Of a stretch of DNA of 64,000 nt, positions 1 to 10,148 are shown in pieces. The notes under the pieces are model-generated. The model did not search any database, was not told where the DNA came from, and worked only from the letters and a program-made list of their open reading frames with translations. The stretch lies in the IMG/VR virus record IMGVR_UViG_3300005546_000001, positions 32,001 to 96,000 of that record. One strand, 5' to 3'. The stretch's first letter is position 1. Each line of letters opens with the position of its first letter. The stretch comes from a virus (Duplodnaviria; Caudoviricetes). A program made the position numbers and the translations under genes.

Positions 1-66
1 CCTATTCCAGTTCATCAATTTATAGAATCTACTGCCCAAGAAATCATTACAACTTTAGTAGCGGAG

Positions 67-3000
67 ATGAATTCCGCGATAGATGTTTCGGGGGTCGCAA
101 CTGGAAATGACGTTCCGTATTTAGATACAAATGATTTTGTAAAATTTAGTGACGTTGTAAAAGCCGCGCCAATAGCAACTGGTGGATACACAGTTCAGAT
201 CGATCCAACTCTAAATAACGGATTCGCTATAAAAGGCGATTTTAAAGACAACTTTAGTGCATCTGGAATTGCTGTTGACAAAGATTCTGGAGATTTTACT
301 CCGCAAAAGGAACCTATTGTTCCTGATACCAATGTAATTAATTATCAAAGAGTTAAAAGTACTAAACCCGGCCCCGATCATACTGGAATGGAATTTAGAG
401 AAATCGATCTTCTAAATCCCTCATTTAAACTTAAAACCCTTCCATATGGTTTGGATGGAACTGAGCTTATTAACTTTCAAATTGATGATGGAAGTATTAC
501 TGGGGCGGACACATCCGGACTTCCAAATGTAATTCCCCTTCACTATCCAGTTCAAATTGAAGTAGCAGATATCTCGATAAATGGTGGTGCTGGCGAACTA
601 TTCGGTGTTATTGGCAGAAATAATACTCCAGTTGTATCTGTAATAATCGGAAGTAACACCATCGGTGCCAAGGTAGCTGGAATATCACACACGCAATTAA
701 TTCCATTCGTTCCATTTGGGCACGCACCAGATATAGATCATCAGTATTACTATGATTGGTATGCGGTTTGGACAGCTTCTGGTTTAGAAGTCTCGATAGT
801 TGAAAACTATCTTAATAATTTAGCTGGAGAAACCCCTCTTGCTACAGTTACAGCTATTAACCAGAATTCTGGGATTGTAACTATTAGTCTTTTGGGAGCA
901 TCCACAGTAGATGATATTCCAACATCGATTAGATTTTTTGATTCGAGTGATCCAACAAATGTCCGTGGATTTTCAACTATTAAATCTCGATCTGGTTCAG
1001 CTATTGAAATAGATAGCTGGCCAACAGATTTAGCTGTTGGCGATAAACTGGCGTCAAGCGATTCGGCAAGTGTTACAATAACAGAAAAAACGATATATAG
1101 CGGCGCAGCACCCGCTAATCGATATGGGAAACCACAACTCGTAGTTTCAAATGGTGGGGGGGTAACGGCGCGACAGTGGACAGCATCTTACGGTCCTGCC
1201 ATAGATGCTGTACTCTTAGACAATCCATATACAGGAGCACCCGGCAGAAGACTTCGAGTTGATACCGTTGCTTCTCGTTCTACTGACTTAGTTATAGCTA
1301 AATCCGGAAACACAGCAATCTGTACAATCGTTGGCGAACGCCTGCCGCTTCGGGGTGTAGCTAGAATTCTTTTGAACTATGATGTCGCAAAAATCATCGA
1401 TGTTACAGTTCAAGATTCAGCTTCTATATCTAGATGTGGGATACGACAGGGTGATATAATTGAATCTGACGCAGTTTTATCCCCTGATGAAGCTACAGCA
1501 CTGGGACAGTCTGTTCTTGATGAGTTTGCAAATCCAAAACCAAAAGGAACTATAACAAGAGAATCTTGGTTAACAACTAGCTTTCCTTGTCCAAATTATA
1601 CTGCTGATATTGATGTTCCTACGCAGTATGGAATTGATCCGACAACCGTATCTATATCTGATGTAAGCGTAGATTTTGGTGGATATGATTGGGAAGCCGA
1701 CGAAGGTGTCTTAATTTATCAGATATCTCTTGGAAATCTTGATCTTCAAGATGCTATTAATCGTCAGCTATTAGCCAATCAAGTTTCTACTGGACTCCAA
1801 TTCCGACCACTATCCGCGCCAGGATCGCGAATTTCAAGTGCATCTTGGAATGATGTTGATGCAGTTTCAATAGGAGTAAGTGGAACTGTATCTCTAAATG
1901 GAAAGACTGCTTCAAGCACATTTAATCCAGCAGACTATGCAGTTGGGGATCTTCGTGAAGCCCCAGTAGCTCTTGGTGGAGCTGTTACAAGTGGTGAAGT
2001 AGTTGGAGAACTTTTAGTAGAAATTATTTATCCACCACTTGATATTGATGCAGCGTCGGTTCAATGCCACTATCACCCCAAAACTAATTTAGTTATATAT
2101 CGCTGGGGGCGCCCACCGGGATTTATTTCTGGCAAAATAAAACGTAAGGTAGATGATGGAACAAATACCGATACTCTTGTATACAAACAAGTTGATGAAA
2201 TTTTTAATGAGCAGTATTCTCTACCATACGAGCCAGCTAGTAAATCCATAGAAGTCTTAACTGTAGGACTTGGTGATAAAGAAGGTGCTGGTGGGTACAT
2301 AGAACTGACATGCGTTCTTCCTCCATTAGTTGCACCAACAACATTTGATGTTGTCAAGTTTAAGCACAATGATACGATTGTTTTTGAAATCAGCCCACCA
2401 CCAACTGGTTCTGAAATAACAGGAAGAGCAAAATTCTTAAGAGTTTTAATCAGCGAAAATCCAGCATCGGCTCCAACAGTTCGCGCTGACTTTCCAGCCG
2501 ATGATGATGATGTAGCCAAGTACGAAGAAACTCCACCACCAGATGGAACTCCGTGGAGAATGCGCGTTCCATTTGTTGATACTGAAGCTGATGATACGGT
2601 GTACGCAGCAGCATGCTGGGTTGATGGGTTTTTAGAAGAAGGATTATTAACCACCCCATTCGATGCCACGGCGCCACCAATGTCAATCGGATCGATTTCA
2701 ACATCCGATTTCTTCAGATCAGATACTCAGGCCAACGGTGGAACTGTTGAAGACGACAACGAGTTAACTGGGGATACAGAGTTCACCGGAGTTTTTAGAT
2801 ACCACCTCGGGCACCACAATAGTAATATAAAACCGATATTTGAAGAATCTAATCCAATGACTGCTCCTACGGATACACCCACATGGAGCGGTCATTATGT
2901 AAAATCAAATCAGGATGTATCAGACGCTGATGTAACAAACGGTTATATCGATATCGAACTAAACAAAAAATTTCGAATGGGCCGAAAGAAGTGGAGAGCT

Positions 3001-5109
3001 TATCGGCCAGTTCAATTCACTGTAAAGGGCGTTAAAGTCCATGAACGAATTGGACCATCTCTAGAAGAAGAACGTACTAGAGAAATGATGTATCTCGTTG
3101 GATTTAATGGGTCGTCGTTTCCAGCCGTAGTTCCACATGTGGCTGATGGCTACTTCAACTACAATAGTTTTGTATTTGTACCCGGAGTAAACGGTTTAGC
3201 TAATACGTTAGCCACCGTAACTGGTGGTAGAATAAAACAAATCGCTGATGGTTTCAAATATGCTTGGGACAACATAGATGACGTAGGAATTCGCCGATAC
3301 ATGGTAGTTTTTTCTACTACTGTATTTGGTACAAAAGGGCCGGGAACCGATTCTAGTATCAGTACAGCTTTAAATGCTATTGCTGGGCAAGGTGCAATTA
3401 CTGTTTATGAAGCTACAAATACGACAAAAAATGTTTCTGCTCATGCTGTTGATGTAGGAAAAGTAGATCACCTGACTTTCCATAACGGCGATATAATTGA
3501 TGGGGTGACATTCACAGCAGGAAGTACTTACTACGTTTCAGTTCTTGGACAAAAGAAGAATGGTCGGTGGTCAACTGCTTTTGCTACAATATTTAACACC
3601 GCATCCGGCCAGCCTGCTGGCGGAGATACTGTAGCTCCCGGCGGTACTCTCACAGCTCCGACGATTCGTGAACTAAAGCGCGGCGGGCTAAAAATCGACC
3701 TGACAGCACCTACCACTGGCAACCTGACGCTTAGGCGATCAAATGTCTATGTGGCTAATGGAAATCACTCTACCGCTACTCTATGGTTATCAGGCTCGGA
3801 TTTAACTAGTTCAACAGCAACAGAATCTGTTGGAGTAATCCAAGAACCACCTACTGGTGGGTTCACAATCCCTGCTGATAAAGCAGTGCTGGAAGCAATA
3901 TTCGGCACTGGGGCTACGATTTCTGTTTATGCTACGTGGACTAATGATATTGGAACTTCTGGTTTCTCTTCAGCAACAACTTATAATTTAGCTACAGGGG
4001 AAACAGGCGCAGTTCCTCGCGATCCTGCAGCCCCTAGTACGCTGGCAACCCCAGTTCTAGAATGGGATAGTCGTGGCGGCCTAATGATTCGCAATATGCG
4101 AGCATCTGTTGATGACAATACAATTACTCGCTACTTTGTCGTAGTGTACGATAATTCAACTACTTACTTCGATTTTGCCACAAAAACGACAGCAGCGAAT
4201 GAAGCCGCAGCAAGATTTGATGTAGGACTCGGCCACCGTGCTTTTCTAGGACTAAAGAAAAAGAAACTTACAAACGTATTTGGTTCTAGTGGAACCATTT
4301 ACGCCTACTATTATGCAGAAAACGCACAGGGGGTTTCATCGGCATCTGCTAATTCTGCTGGATTGAGTCTTGCTACAACCGCTGAGTATTTATCTGATAA
4401 CTATGATGCTGCGCGTGTTATAGATGTAAGTGCGTTAATGTCATCGCCACAAAATTTAATTGTTAATGGCGATTTTGGATTTTCTACGGCTACATCTACA
4501 ACTCTAAATAAGTGGAGAATGTGGTTTAAAAGCGCCGGGGTTAGCCAAGCGAATACATTAGCTATAACTACAACTAGTTCTGATTTAATTTGGGATCAAA
4601 CTAATCATTGTATTAAATGGCAAAATATTGGTGTAGCTCCTGTTGTACCACTTAGGGGTTTAGTTCCTGGGGATTATTTTACAGTAACTTTCTTAATTAA
4701 AAAAGTTGGGAGTGTTACTCCAGACTTGAGAGTTAAATTTGTTAGGGGCGGTACGACAACAGATGATACAGAATCGGCACCATCTGGAACAATAGCTCTA
4801 ACTACAAGCTATGTACTTGTAGGTGCAAGAATGAGACTATCTACCGGAGCTGATGGCTCAGTTACTCAATGGTTAGAATTTGATACACCAACTACTTTAG
4901 ATACTAGTAATTATTTAGTGATTGATAGAGTTAGTTTAACAAGAGGAAAGCAGCCACATTCTTATATGTGGAATGAAAGCGATGATCAAACTGTTTTTTT
5001 TGCCGCAAGTCCTGCGGCAATAACTTCGCCAGATGTATCTGATCCATCTGTTGGAATTCAGGGTGGATTTATTGATGATGCATCTCTGGCCGTTATAACT
5101 TTAACATAA
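67..5109 (+). CDS. Large tail / host-specificity protein with C-terminal carbohydrate-binding-like module
   Basis: 1680 aa, Thr/Ser/Gly-rich beta-type sequence. Tail-hub-like segment (QDSASISRCGIRQGDIIES...A...G...L), Ig/Fn3-like stretches, C-terminal NLIVNGDF...IDRVSL CBM-like motif. Confidence 0.7.
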   Translation: MNSAIDVSGVATGNDVPYLDTNDFVKFSDVVKAAPIATGGYTVQIDPTLNNGFAIKGDFKDNFSASGIAVDKDSGDFTPQKEPIVPDTNVINYQRVKSTKPGPDHTGMEFREIDLLNPSFKLKTLPYGLDGTELINFQIDDGSITGADTSGLPNVIPLHYPVQIEVADISINGGAGELFGVIGRNNTPVVSVIIGSNTIGAKVAGISHTQLIPFVPFGHAPDIDHQYYYDWYAVWTASGLEVSIVENYLNNLAGETPLATVTAINQNSGIVTISLLGASTVDDIPTSIRFFDSSDPTNVRGFSTIKSRSGSAIEIDSWPTDLAVGDKLASSDSASVTITEKTIYSGAAPANRYGKPQLVVSNGGGVTARQWTASYGPAIDAVLLDNPYTGAPGRRLRVDTVASRSTDLVIAKSGNTAICTIVGERLPLRGVARILLNYDVAKIIDVTVQDSASISRCGIRQGDIIESDAVLSPDEATALGQSVLDEFANPKPKGTITRESWLTTSFPCPNYTADIDVPTQYGIDPTTVSISDVSVDFGGYDWEADEGVLIYQISLGNLDLQDAINRQLLANQVSTGLQFRPLSAPGSRISSASWNDVDAVSIGVSGTVSLNGKTASSTFNPADYAVGDLREAPVALGGAVTSGEVVGELLVEIIYPPLDIDAASVQCHYHPKTNLVIYRWGRPPGFISGKIKRKVDDGTNTDTLVYKQVDEIFNEQYSLPYEPASKSIEVLTVGLGDKEGAGGYIELTCVLPPLVAPTTFDVVKFKHNDTIVFEISPPPTGSEITGRAKFLRVLISENPASAPTVRADFPADDDDVAKYEETPPPDGTPWRMRVPFVDTEADDTVYAAACWVDGFLEEGLLTTPFDATAPPMSIGSISTSDFFRSDTQANGGTVEDDNELTGDTEFTGVFRYHLGHHNSNIKPIFEESNPMTAPTDTPTWSGHYVKSNQDVSDADVTNGYIDIELNKKFRMGRKKWRAYRPVQFTVKGVKVHERIGPSLEEERTREMMYLVGFNGSSFPAVVPHVADGYFNYNSFVFVPGVNGLANTLATVTGGRIKQIADGFKYAWDNIDDVGIRRYMVVFSTTVFGTKGPGTDSSISTALNAIAGQGAITVYEATNTTKNVSAHAVDVGKVDHLTFHNGDIIDGVTFTAGSTYYVSVLGQKKNGRWSTAFATIFNTASGQPAGGDTVAPGGTLTAPTIRELKRGGLKIDLTAPTTGNLTLRRSNVYVANGNHSTATLWLSGSDLTSSTATESVGVIQEPPTGGFTIPADKAVLEAIFGTGATISVYATWTNDIGTSGFSSATTYNLATGETGAVPRDPAAPSTLATPVLEWDSRGGLMIRNMRASVDDNTITRYFVVVYDNSTTYFDFATKTTAANEAAARFDVGLGHRAFLGLKKKKLTNVFGSSGTIYAYYYAENAQGVSSASANSAGLSLATTAEYLSDNYDAARVIDVSALMSSPQNLIVNGDFGFSTATSTTLNKWRMWFKSAGVSQANTLAITTTSSDLIWDQTNHCIKWQNIGVAPVVPLRGLVPGDYFTVTFLIKKVGSVTPDLRVKFVRGGTTTDDTESAPSGTIALTTSYVLVGARMRLSTGADGSVTQWLEFDTPTTLDTSNYLVIDRVSLTRGKQPHSYMWNESDDQTVFFAASPAAITSPDVSDPSVGIQGGFIDDASLAVITLT

Positions 5110-5111
5110 AA

Positions 5112-5519
5112 ATGAAACCATTTAAAAGCGCGTTTAAATCTGGAGGAACAGATACTCAAATTAGCTTATCAACGGGCACAAAAGTAATAACAGGAGTACT
5201 AATTAAACCACTATCGTCAAATGAAACAGATATGATAATTATTAATTCATCTATGGCTCCAGATAAATCTGGCACCATCTCAATAGATGATGAAATTATC
5301 TATTATCATGGTTGTCACAAGGACGAACCCGGAACCTTGTTTGACCTATTGCGGGGGCAAGAAGGTACTGTTGCAACCGAGCATGCTATCGGAACAGCAG
5401 TCTCCATACACGGCGCTGCGCGACACGGAAATCCTGCGATTGTTGATTCTATGATTGCGATGCAGGAAAAAATTATCGATCTTGAAATGAGACTAGTAAA
5501 ACTAGAGAAAAAACCGTAA
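5112..5519 (+). CDS. Virion-associated protein with C-terminal coiled coil
   Basis: IDDEIIYY...RGQEGT.A..H..G..V motif common in phage tail proteins; directly follows the tail gene. Confidence 0.5.
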   Translation: MKPFKSAFKSGGTDTQISLSTGTKVITGVLIKPLSSNETDMIIINSSMAPDKSGTISIDDEIIYYHGCHKDEPGTLFDLLRGQEGTVATEHAIGTAVSIHGAARHGNPAIVDSMIAMQEKIIDLEMRLVKLEKKP

Positions 5520-5576
5520 TAGTTGCAGCCAAAGACTTTATCTTTCAACAATTTATGGAAGGGGCATACTTGAACC

Positions 5577-6038
5577 TTGTTACGCATTGAAAACAAAGAA
5601 TTTAGAGATGGCGAGTTGCCTTCTTTCATAAAAAACACAATATTTCACTCATGTAAATTTAGAGGAAAACTCCCCGACTTCCATCTATGTGAATTTCATG
5701 ATTGTGATTTATCAGGAACTATAGTTAGGGAACTTGTTGAATGCATGTTATTTTCTTGCAACCTCAATCATGCTAATTTTTCGGATGCAGATGTGAGGTT
5801 CTCCAAGACAAACGCTGGTTCCCCTTGCACCGCTTATGGAGCCGAGTGGCAGGGAGTTTGCTGTACTCTAGACTGCGGTTGGTTTTCTGGAATTAAAGCA
5901 AATGAAGAAGATGCTGAAATATTTCTTATAATGAGCACGCTTCCTGATACCCCACTTAGAAAGAAACTTTTAAGGGGATTTTCTCCCGAACTTTTGCGTG
6001 AAACTAGAAGGCGAATGAAAAAGAATTTTCGGGCTTGA
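5577..6038 (+). CDS. Pentapeptide-repeat protein
   Basis: CEFHD CDLSG ... CNLNH ANFSD ADVRF repeats. Confidence 0.6.
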   Translation: MLRIENKEFRDGELPSFIKNTIFHSCKFRGKLPDFHLCEFHDCDLSGTIVRELVECMLFSCNLNHANFSDADVRFSKTNAGSPCTAYGAEWQGVCCTLDCGWFSGIKANEEDAEIFLIMSTLPDTPLRKKLLRGFSPELLRETRRRMKKNFRA

Positions 6039-6063
6039 CACAAGTTTAAGAATTCGTTAAAAT
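6035..6063 (+). promoter_or_regulatory. Sigma70-type promoter, probably leaderless transcript
   Basis: TTGACA (6035-40), 17 bp spacer, TAAAAT (6058-63); ATG at 6070. Confidence 0.75.
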
Positions 6064-6069
6064 AGAAGC

Positions 6070-6375
6070 ATGAAAACACCCAAAGATAAGGTTACTCTTT
6101 TGTCTGAAGCAAGAAAAAAGAGAGAAGAAAAACAAGTTGCTGTTCGAAATTCAATTCTTTTAAGCAAAGCAGAAAGACGGGAAGTTCAAGGATTTAAAGC
6201 GCGTCAACGAGAAATTGATACCATACAGAATCCTCTAAACTCAGATTATAGAGAATTTCTAGCCGAACTCCAGACTAAATATTCAATAACAATTGGCGTA
6301 ACGCATCAACTTGACATTGATAGCTATGAATTAGTTCCAATGCCAGAGCAACCAAAAACCCCGGAGACTGCATGA
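6070..6375 (+). CDS. Hypothetical protein
   Basis: ORF directly behind promoter, overlaps next gene (ATGA). Confidence 0.6.
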   Translation: MKTPKDKVTLLSEARKKREEKQVAVRNSILLSKAERREVQGFKARQREIDTIQNPLNSDYREFLAELQTKYSITIGVTHQLDIDSYELVPMPEQPKTPETA

Positions 6376-6671
6376 AAGTAACAACTTCAAGCAGTATTAA
6401 ACCTACAGAAGCCTTTTTTGGTGCCAAGGTAACTCGATGCAGATGCGGAGATCCTTGGAAAATCCATGCGTGCCATTGTTCACTATATAATGCGGACCCC
6501 AAAGAACACTTGGGTCAACCATGTCCTTATGGAAACGATCCTTGTCCAATTGGGGTACAAGATGATCTAGGAATTGTTTCTTACTGGCATAAAAACCCAT
6601 TAAAACGTTTTGTTTACTGGTTTAGAACCAGAATTTTGAATGAGAGAGTCAATGATGAAGAAAGTTTATAA
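6372..6671 (+). CDS. Cys-rich hypothetical protein
   Basis: Coupled ORF. Confidence 0.5.
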   Translation: MKVTTSSSIKPTEAFFGAKVTRCRCGDPWKIHACHCSLYNADPKEHLGQPCPYGNDPCPIGVQDDLGIVSYWHKNPLKRFVYWFRTRILNERVNDEESL

Positions 6672-6876
6672 AGTATTTTCAGTTGAACCGCAGCAAGTAG
6701 AGGTCGTGGCTAATGTGGGTGGAAAACCCACCAAAGTCTTGGCGCCTACTGTTGTAGCTCAACTTGTACCTGTTCATGATGATGGTTCTGGAACACTCAA
6801 AACCGCTGTAGATGCCGAGAATCTTAAGATGTTCGAATTGGGCGATGAAGTGACAGTTACCTTTTCATCGGAGTAA
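6652..6876 (+). CDS. Hypothetical protein
   Basis: ORF, start probably at MMKKV. Confidence 0.5.
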   Translation: MMKKVYKVFSVEPQQVEVVANVGGKPTKVLAPTVVAQLVPVHDDGSGTLKTAVDAENLKMFELGDEVTVTFSSE

Positions 6877-7435
6877 TTTGATTTGGCCGAATTGCACTTG
6901 CTTCGGACAATTCTTTTTCTAAAGCTTCAATTGCCAAAATCGCCTTTTCCTTTTTAATTATAAGATATGGCAGTATAGCTTTTAATAGTTCTACTACATC
7001 ATATTTCCTAGCCACGCTCCATTTGTAGCAGCGTTTTCTGTTACCTTTTGGTCGATAAGAACTAACTGTCCCTACAAACTGTGCAACCCATCTTATACAT
7101 GGTTCATCAGTAAGAGACATTGTTACGGAATAATGTGGAATATCATATTGCTTGGATTTGATTATACTTCCTTCACCATCAACTAATCCTGCGATATATG
7201 CGTGAATTGCCACATCGTTTGGCAACTTTATGGTTTTGGACCATGCTGAACCAACAGCATGACCGGCTCTGTAGCCATATCGTCGATTAAATAATCTATA
7301 TAAAGCTGCCCTATCTCGTTCTAATTCTTCAGCTAATTTACCTATAGTTAGCCTTTCAGAAATCAGGCGATTATACAAGGCATCTGATTGCTCAGTGGTT
7401 AAATAAGGACCACGAGTGTAATTTTTTACTTTCAT
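6857..7435 (-). CDS. Free-standing LAGLIDADG homing endonuclease with N-terminal HTH
   Basis: YIAGLVDGEGSI motif and PYLIIKKEKA tail; antisense to its neighbours. Confidence 0.85.
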   Translation of the reverse strand: MKVKNYTRGPYLTTEQSDALYNRLISERLTIGKLAEELERDRAALYRLFNRRYGYRAGHAVGSAWSKTIKLPNDVAIHAYIAGLVDGEGSIIKSKQYDIPHYSVTMSLTDEPCIRWVAQFVGTVSSYRPKGNRKRCYKWSVARKYDVVELLKAILPYLIIKKEKAILAIEALEKELSEASAIRPNQITPMKR

Positions 7436-7442
7436 GGTAACT

Positions 7443-7471
7443 ATGTTATCATATTTTCAACTTTAGCACAA
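7443..7471 (-). promoter_or_regulatory. Promoter of the homing endonuclease gene (leaderless)
   Basis: Minus strand TTGTGC, 17 bp, TGn-TAACAT; ATG follows 7 nt later. Confidence 0.55.
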
Positions 7472-7512
7472 GAGCTAAATGACAACAGGTAACTGTTGAA
7501 AGGAAAGAACTT

Positions 7513-7878
7513 ATGGCCACGGTGTTTTCAAATTCTGGGAAAGATATCGTCACCAATAGAATCAAAGGCTCTGGAACCGAACCAAACTATTGCGCGGTTG
7601 GAACTGGTGCTGGTACAGCCGCAATCACCGATACAACTTTATTTACAGAAGTTGAAACAAGGGTTGCTGGAACATCCACCCGCCAAACAACCACAACCAC
7701 CAACGATACATACCAGTCTGTAGGTACTATTTCTATCACTGCAACACGCGCCCTAACCAATGCAGGTTTATTTGATGCTTCTTCATCTGGCAACATGCTG
7801 ATTAAGGGAGATTTTTCGACAATAAATCTCGTAAATGGTGATTCGATCCAAATAACTGGCAAGTTGTCCTTCACCTAA
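7513..7878 (+). CDS. Virion structural protein (tail-fibre/decoration-like)
   Basis: AVGTG....TDTTL.TE..R..., NAGLFDASSSGNML, GDSIQIT pattern typical of small phage structural proteins. Confidence 0.65.
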   Translation: MATVFSNSGKDIVTNRIKGSGTEPNYCAVGTGAGTAAITDTTLFTEVETRVAGTSTRQTTTTTNDTYQSVGTISITATRALTNAGLFDASSSGNMLIKGDFSTINLVNGDSIQITGKLSFT

Positions 7879-8084
7879 TGCGGTGGCACCAAATTAAGCA
7901 TGGTAAATGGTGGATGCTCCAGTGGGGAAAACCTATTTTCTTTTCGCTTGGTATTCACATTGACCCAAGGATTTGGTATGTTGATCTGCATTTAATCGCT
8001 TGTATTATTACTTTTGGTCATTGTGAAAAGGCTTATACTGACTACAAAGCATGGTGGGCATCTAGGAGTCTAGAAAACGAATGA
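7878..8084 (+). CDS. Small Trp-rich hypothetical protein
   Basis: Coupled to both neighbours. Confidence 0.45.
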   Translation: MRWHQIKHGKWWMLQWGKPIFFSLGIHIDPRIWYVDLHLIACIITFGHCEKAYTDYKAWWASRSLENE

Positions 8085-8614
8085 GCGTAGTTGTTACTAA
8101 GTTTCCAACATCAAATTCTGTAGACACCGGGGCCGGACTAACGAATCCAAATAACGCGCACGCCGATGATGGTTCTTATGCCACCGCCGCACCGGGGAAG
8201 AATTTAAGCCTCGGGACTGCTTATGCTGGATTTGGATTTGACAGCGCAATACCATCTGGTGCCACAATAACCAAAGTTCAAATTATCTACCAGTATAAAA
8301 CTAGTACTACAAGTTCAGTAGCAACAGCAAGAGTCGGCGCTCAAGTCAGTACTGTGAATCAAGCAACTCACGATGATACATCTGAGCCTGCGGGTGATAC
8401 CACTATCACAGTTGACATAACTGCTGATCGTTCTTGGACACAAGCAAATCTTCTTGATGCTAATTTTAAGGCTAGATTATTGGCGGTTCAGGGAAGTAGT
8501 AGCACAGCCGTTACATTTTCATTCGATTTTATTCAAGTAGAAGTTACGTATACAACTATGTATACCGAATTAGAAAGTATAGGACGTGGCATGCTCCGAG
8601 GAGCCTTTAGATAA
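8081..8614 (+). CDS. Virion structural / lectin-like protein
   Basis: GFDSAIPSGATI motif, T/S-rich. Confidence 0.55.
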   Translation: MSVVVTKFPTSNSVDTGAGLTNPNNAHADDGSYATAAPGKNLSLGTAYAGFGFDSAIPSGATITKVQIIYQYKTSTTSSVATARVGAQVSTVNQATHDDTSEPAGDTTITVDITADRSWTQANLLDANFKARLLAVQGSSSTAVTFSFDFIQVEVTYTTMYTELESIGRGMLRGAFR

Positions 8615-9441
8615 TGTTTCTTTTAGCAAAATACAATACACAAACAGTTTTTACATTTCCAATGATTAAGCGCGGTGTAATCGATTTTGCTGTAACTGCC
8701 GACTGGACCCCAGCTACAGGTGACACCAAAATTAGTAAAGATGGTGGAAATGTTGCTAACACGACCAATAATCCCGCCGCTGTTGGTGGAACTGGATCTG
8801 CGTTGTGGACACTTACCCTAACAGCTACCGAACTTCAAGCTGCTGTCGTAGATATCCAGATTATTGATTCTGCCACAAAAGCCGTCGAAGATCAATTTTT
8901 TAAAATTTATACATATGGAAATGCAAGTGCAAAAATTATAGTAGATCTAAGCGATACAGTACGTCTTGGACTTACATCCCTTCCTAACGCAGCAGCAGAA
9001 GCCGCTGGTGGATTGTATACTCGCGGAACAGGTGCTGGGCAAATCAACCAACCCGCTAACGGTCAAGTTGATGCAAATACAGTAAAAATTGGTGGAACAA
9101 CCCAAACTGCTGGAGACGTTGGTTCTCAAGTTGCTGCAATAAAAGCAAAAACAGATCTTCTTCCAGATGGGATTAAGAAGAATACAGCTCTATCTAATTT
9201 TGCATTTTTGATGGTTGACTCTACAGATCACATATCTGCCAAAACTGGCCTAACAATTACCGCCACAAGATCAATCGACGGCGCTGCCTTTGCAGCCTGT
9301 GCAAATTCTGCATCAGAAATATCAAATGGTATATATAAGATAAATCTCGCCAATACTGATCTCAATGGTGATATGATTGTTTTGCGATTTACCGGATCTG
9401 GGGCAGATGATCGTTTGATTACAATTATCACGGAGACATAA
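8614..9441 (+). CDS. Virion structural protein
   Basis: T/A/G-rich with duplicated Ig-like halves (ISKDGG / RSIDGA). Confidence 0.55.
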   Translation: MFLLAKYNTQTVFTFPMIKRGVIDFAVTADWTPATGDTKISKDGGNVANTTNNPAAVGGTGSALWTLTLTATELQAAVVDIQIIDSATKAVEDQFFKIYTYGNASAKIIVDLSDTVRLGLTSLPNAAAEAAGGLYTRGTGAGQINQPANGQVDANTVKIGGTTQTAGDVGSQVAAIKAKTDLLPDGIKKNTALSNFAFLMVDSTDHISAKTGLTITATRSIDGAAFAACANSASEISNGIYKINLANTDLNGDMIVLRFTGSGADDRLITIITET

Positions 9442-10148
9442 TGCCATTTTCTCCTACTGATATTACCGGATGTAAACTATGGTTGAAAGCAGATTCGTTA
9501 GCACTCAATGATAATGATCCAATTAGCACATGGTCAGACTCATCCGGTAGTTCTAACGATGCTACTGCCAGCGGCGCTGTTCGCCCCACATTCAAAACTG
9601 CCCAAGTAAACGGATTGCCAGCAGTGCAATTTGGTGGCAGTCACTACCTTCTAACACCGTCAATTACTACAACCATAGATTCTATTTTTATTGTCTATAA
9701 ACATACATCTGGATCTGGCTATATTATAGAATTTGAGGGAAATGATGCTGCTAACGCACTTATAGCTGGATTTACAGCTAATGTTGAAACCTATAATTCT
9801 CCAAGAATATCAGTTGGAGCATATTCAACATCATTATTTAATCTTCATGAAGTTACTCGTGGTAGTGGAACTACCACATATATAAATGGTACATCCGTAA
9901 CGTCCGATGGAACTAATCAACACGCTGGGGGAGTATTCACGATAGGAGCGTCTAGATTAGGAACGGCTGACTTTGTAACTGGCTATATCGCTGAAATTAT
10001 TTTTTATGATTCTGTTTTATCTACAGGTGATCGCCAAAGCGTAGAAGGTTATATTAATACAAAATATTTTGTAGCTGCTGCTAGTTACGCGCGTCACACA
10101 TATTTACCTCCCGGAATAACTCAGTGGACGGTTGGATTTGAGAGATGA
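9441..10148 (+). CDS. LamG/concanavalin A-like virion lectin protein
   Basis: LWLKAD...WSDSSG, NGLPAVQF, GYIAEIIFYDSVLS. Confidence 0.75.
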   Translation: MPFSPTDITGCKLWLKADSLALNDNDPISTWSDSSGSSNDATASGAVRPTFKTAQVNGLPAVQFGGSHYLLTPSITTTIDSIFIVYKHTSGSGYIIEFEGNDAANALIAGFTANVETYNSPRISVGAYSTSLFNLHEVTRGSGTTTYINGTSVTSDGTNQHAGGVFTIGASRLGTADFVTGYIAEIIFYDSVLSTGDRQSVEGYINTKYFVAAASYARHTYLPPGITQWTVGFER

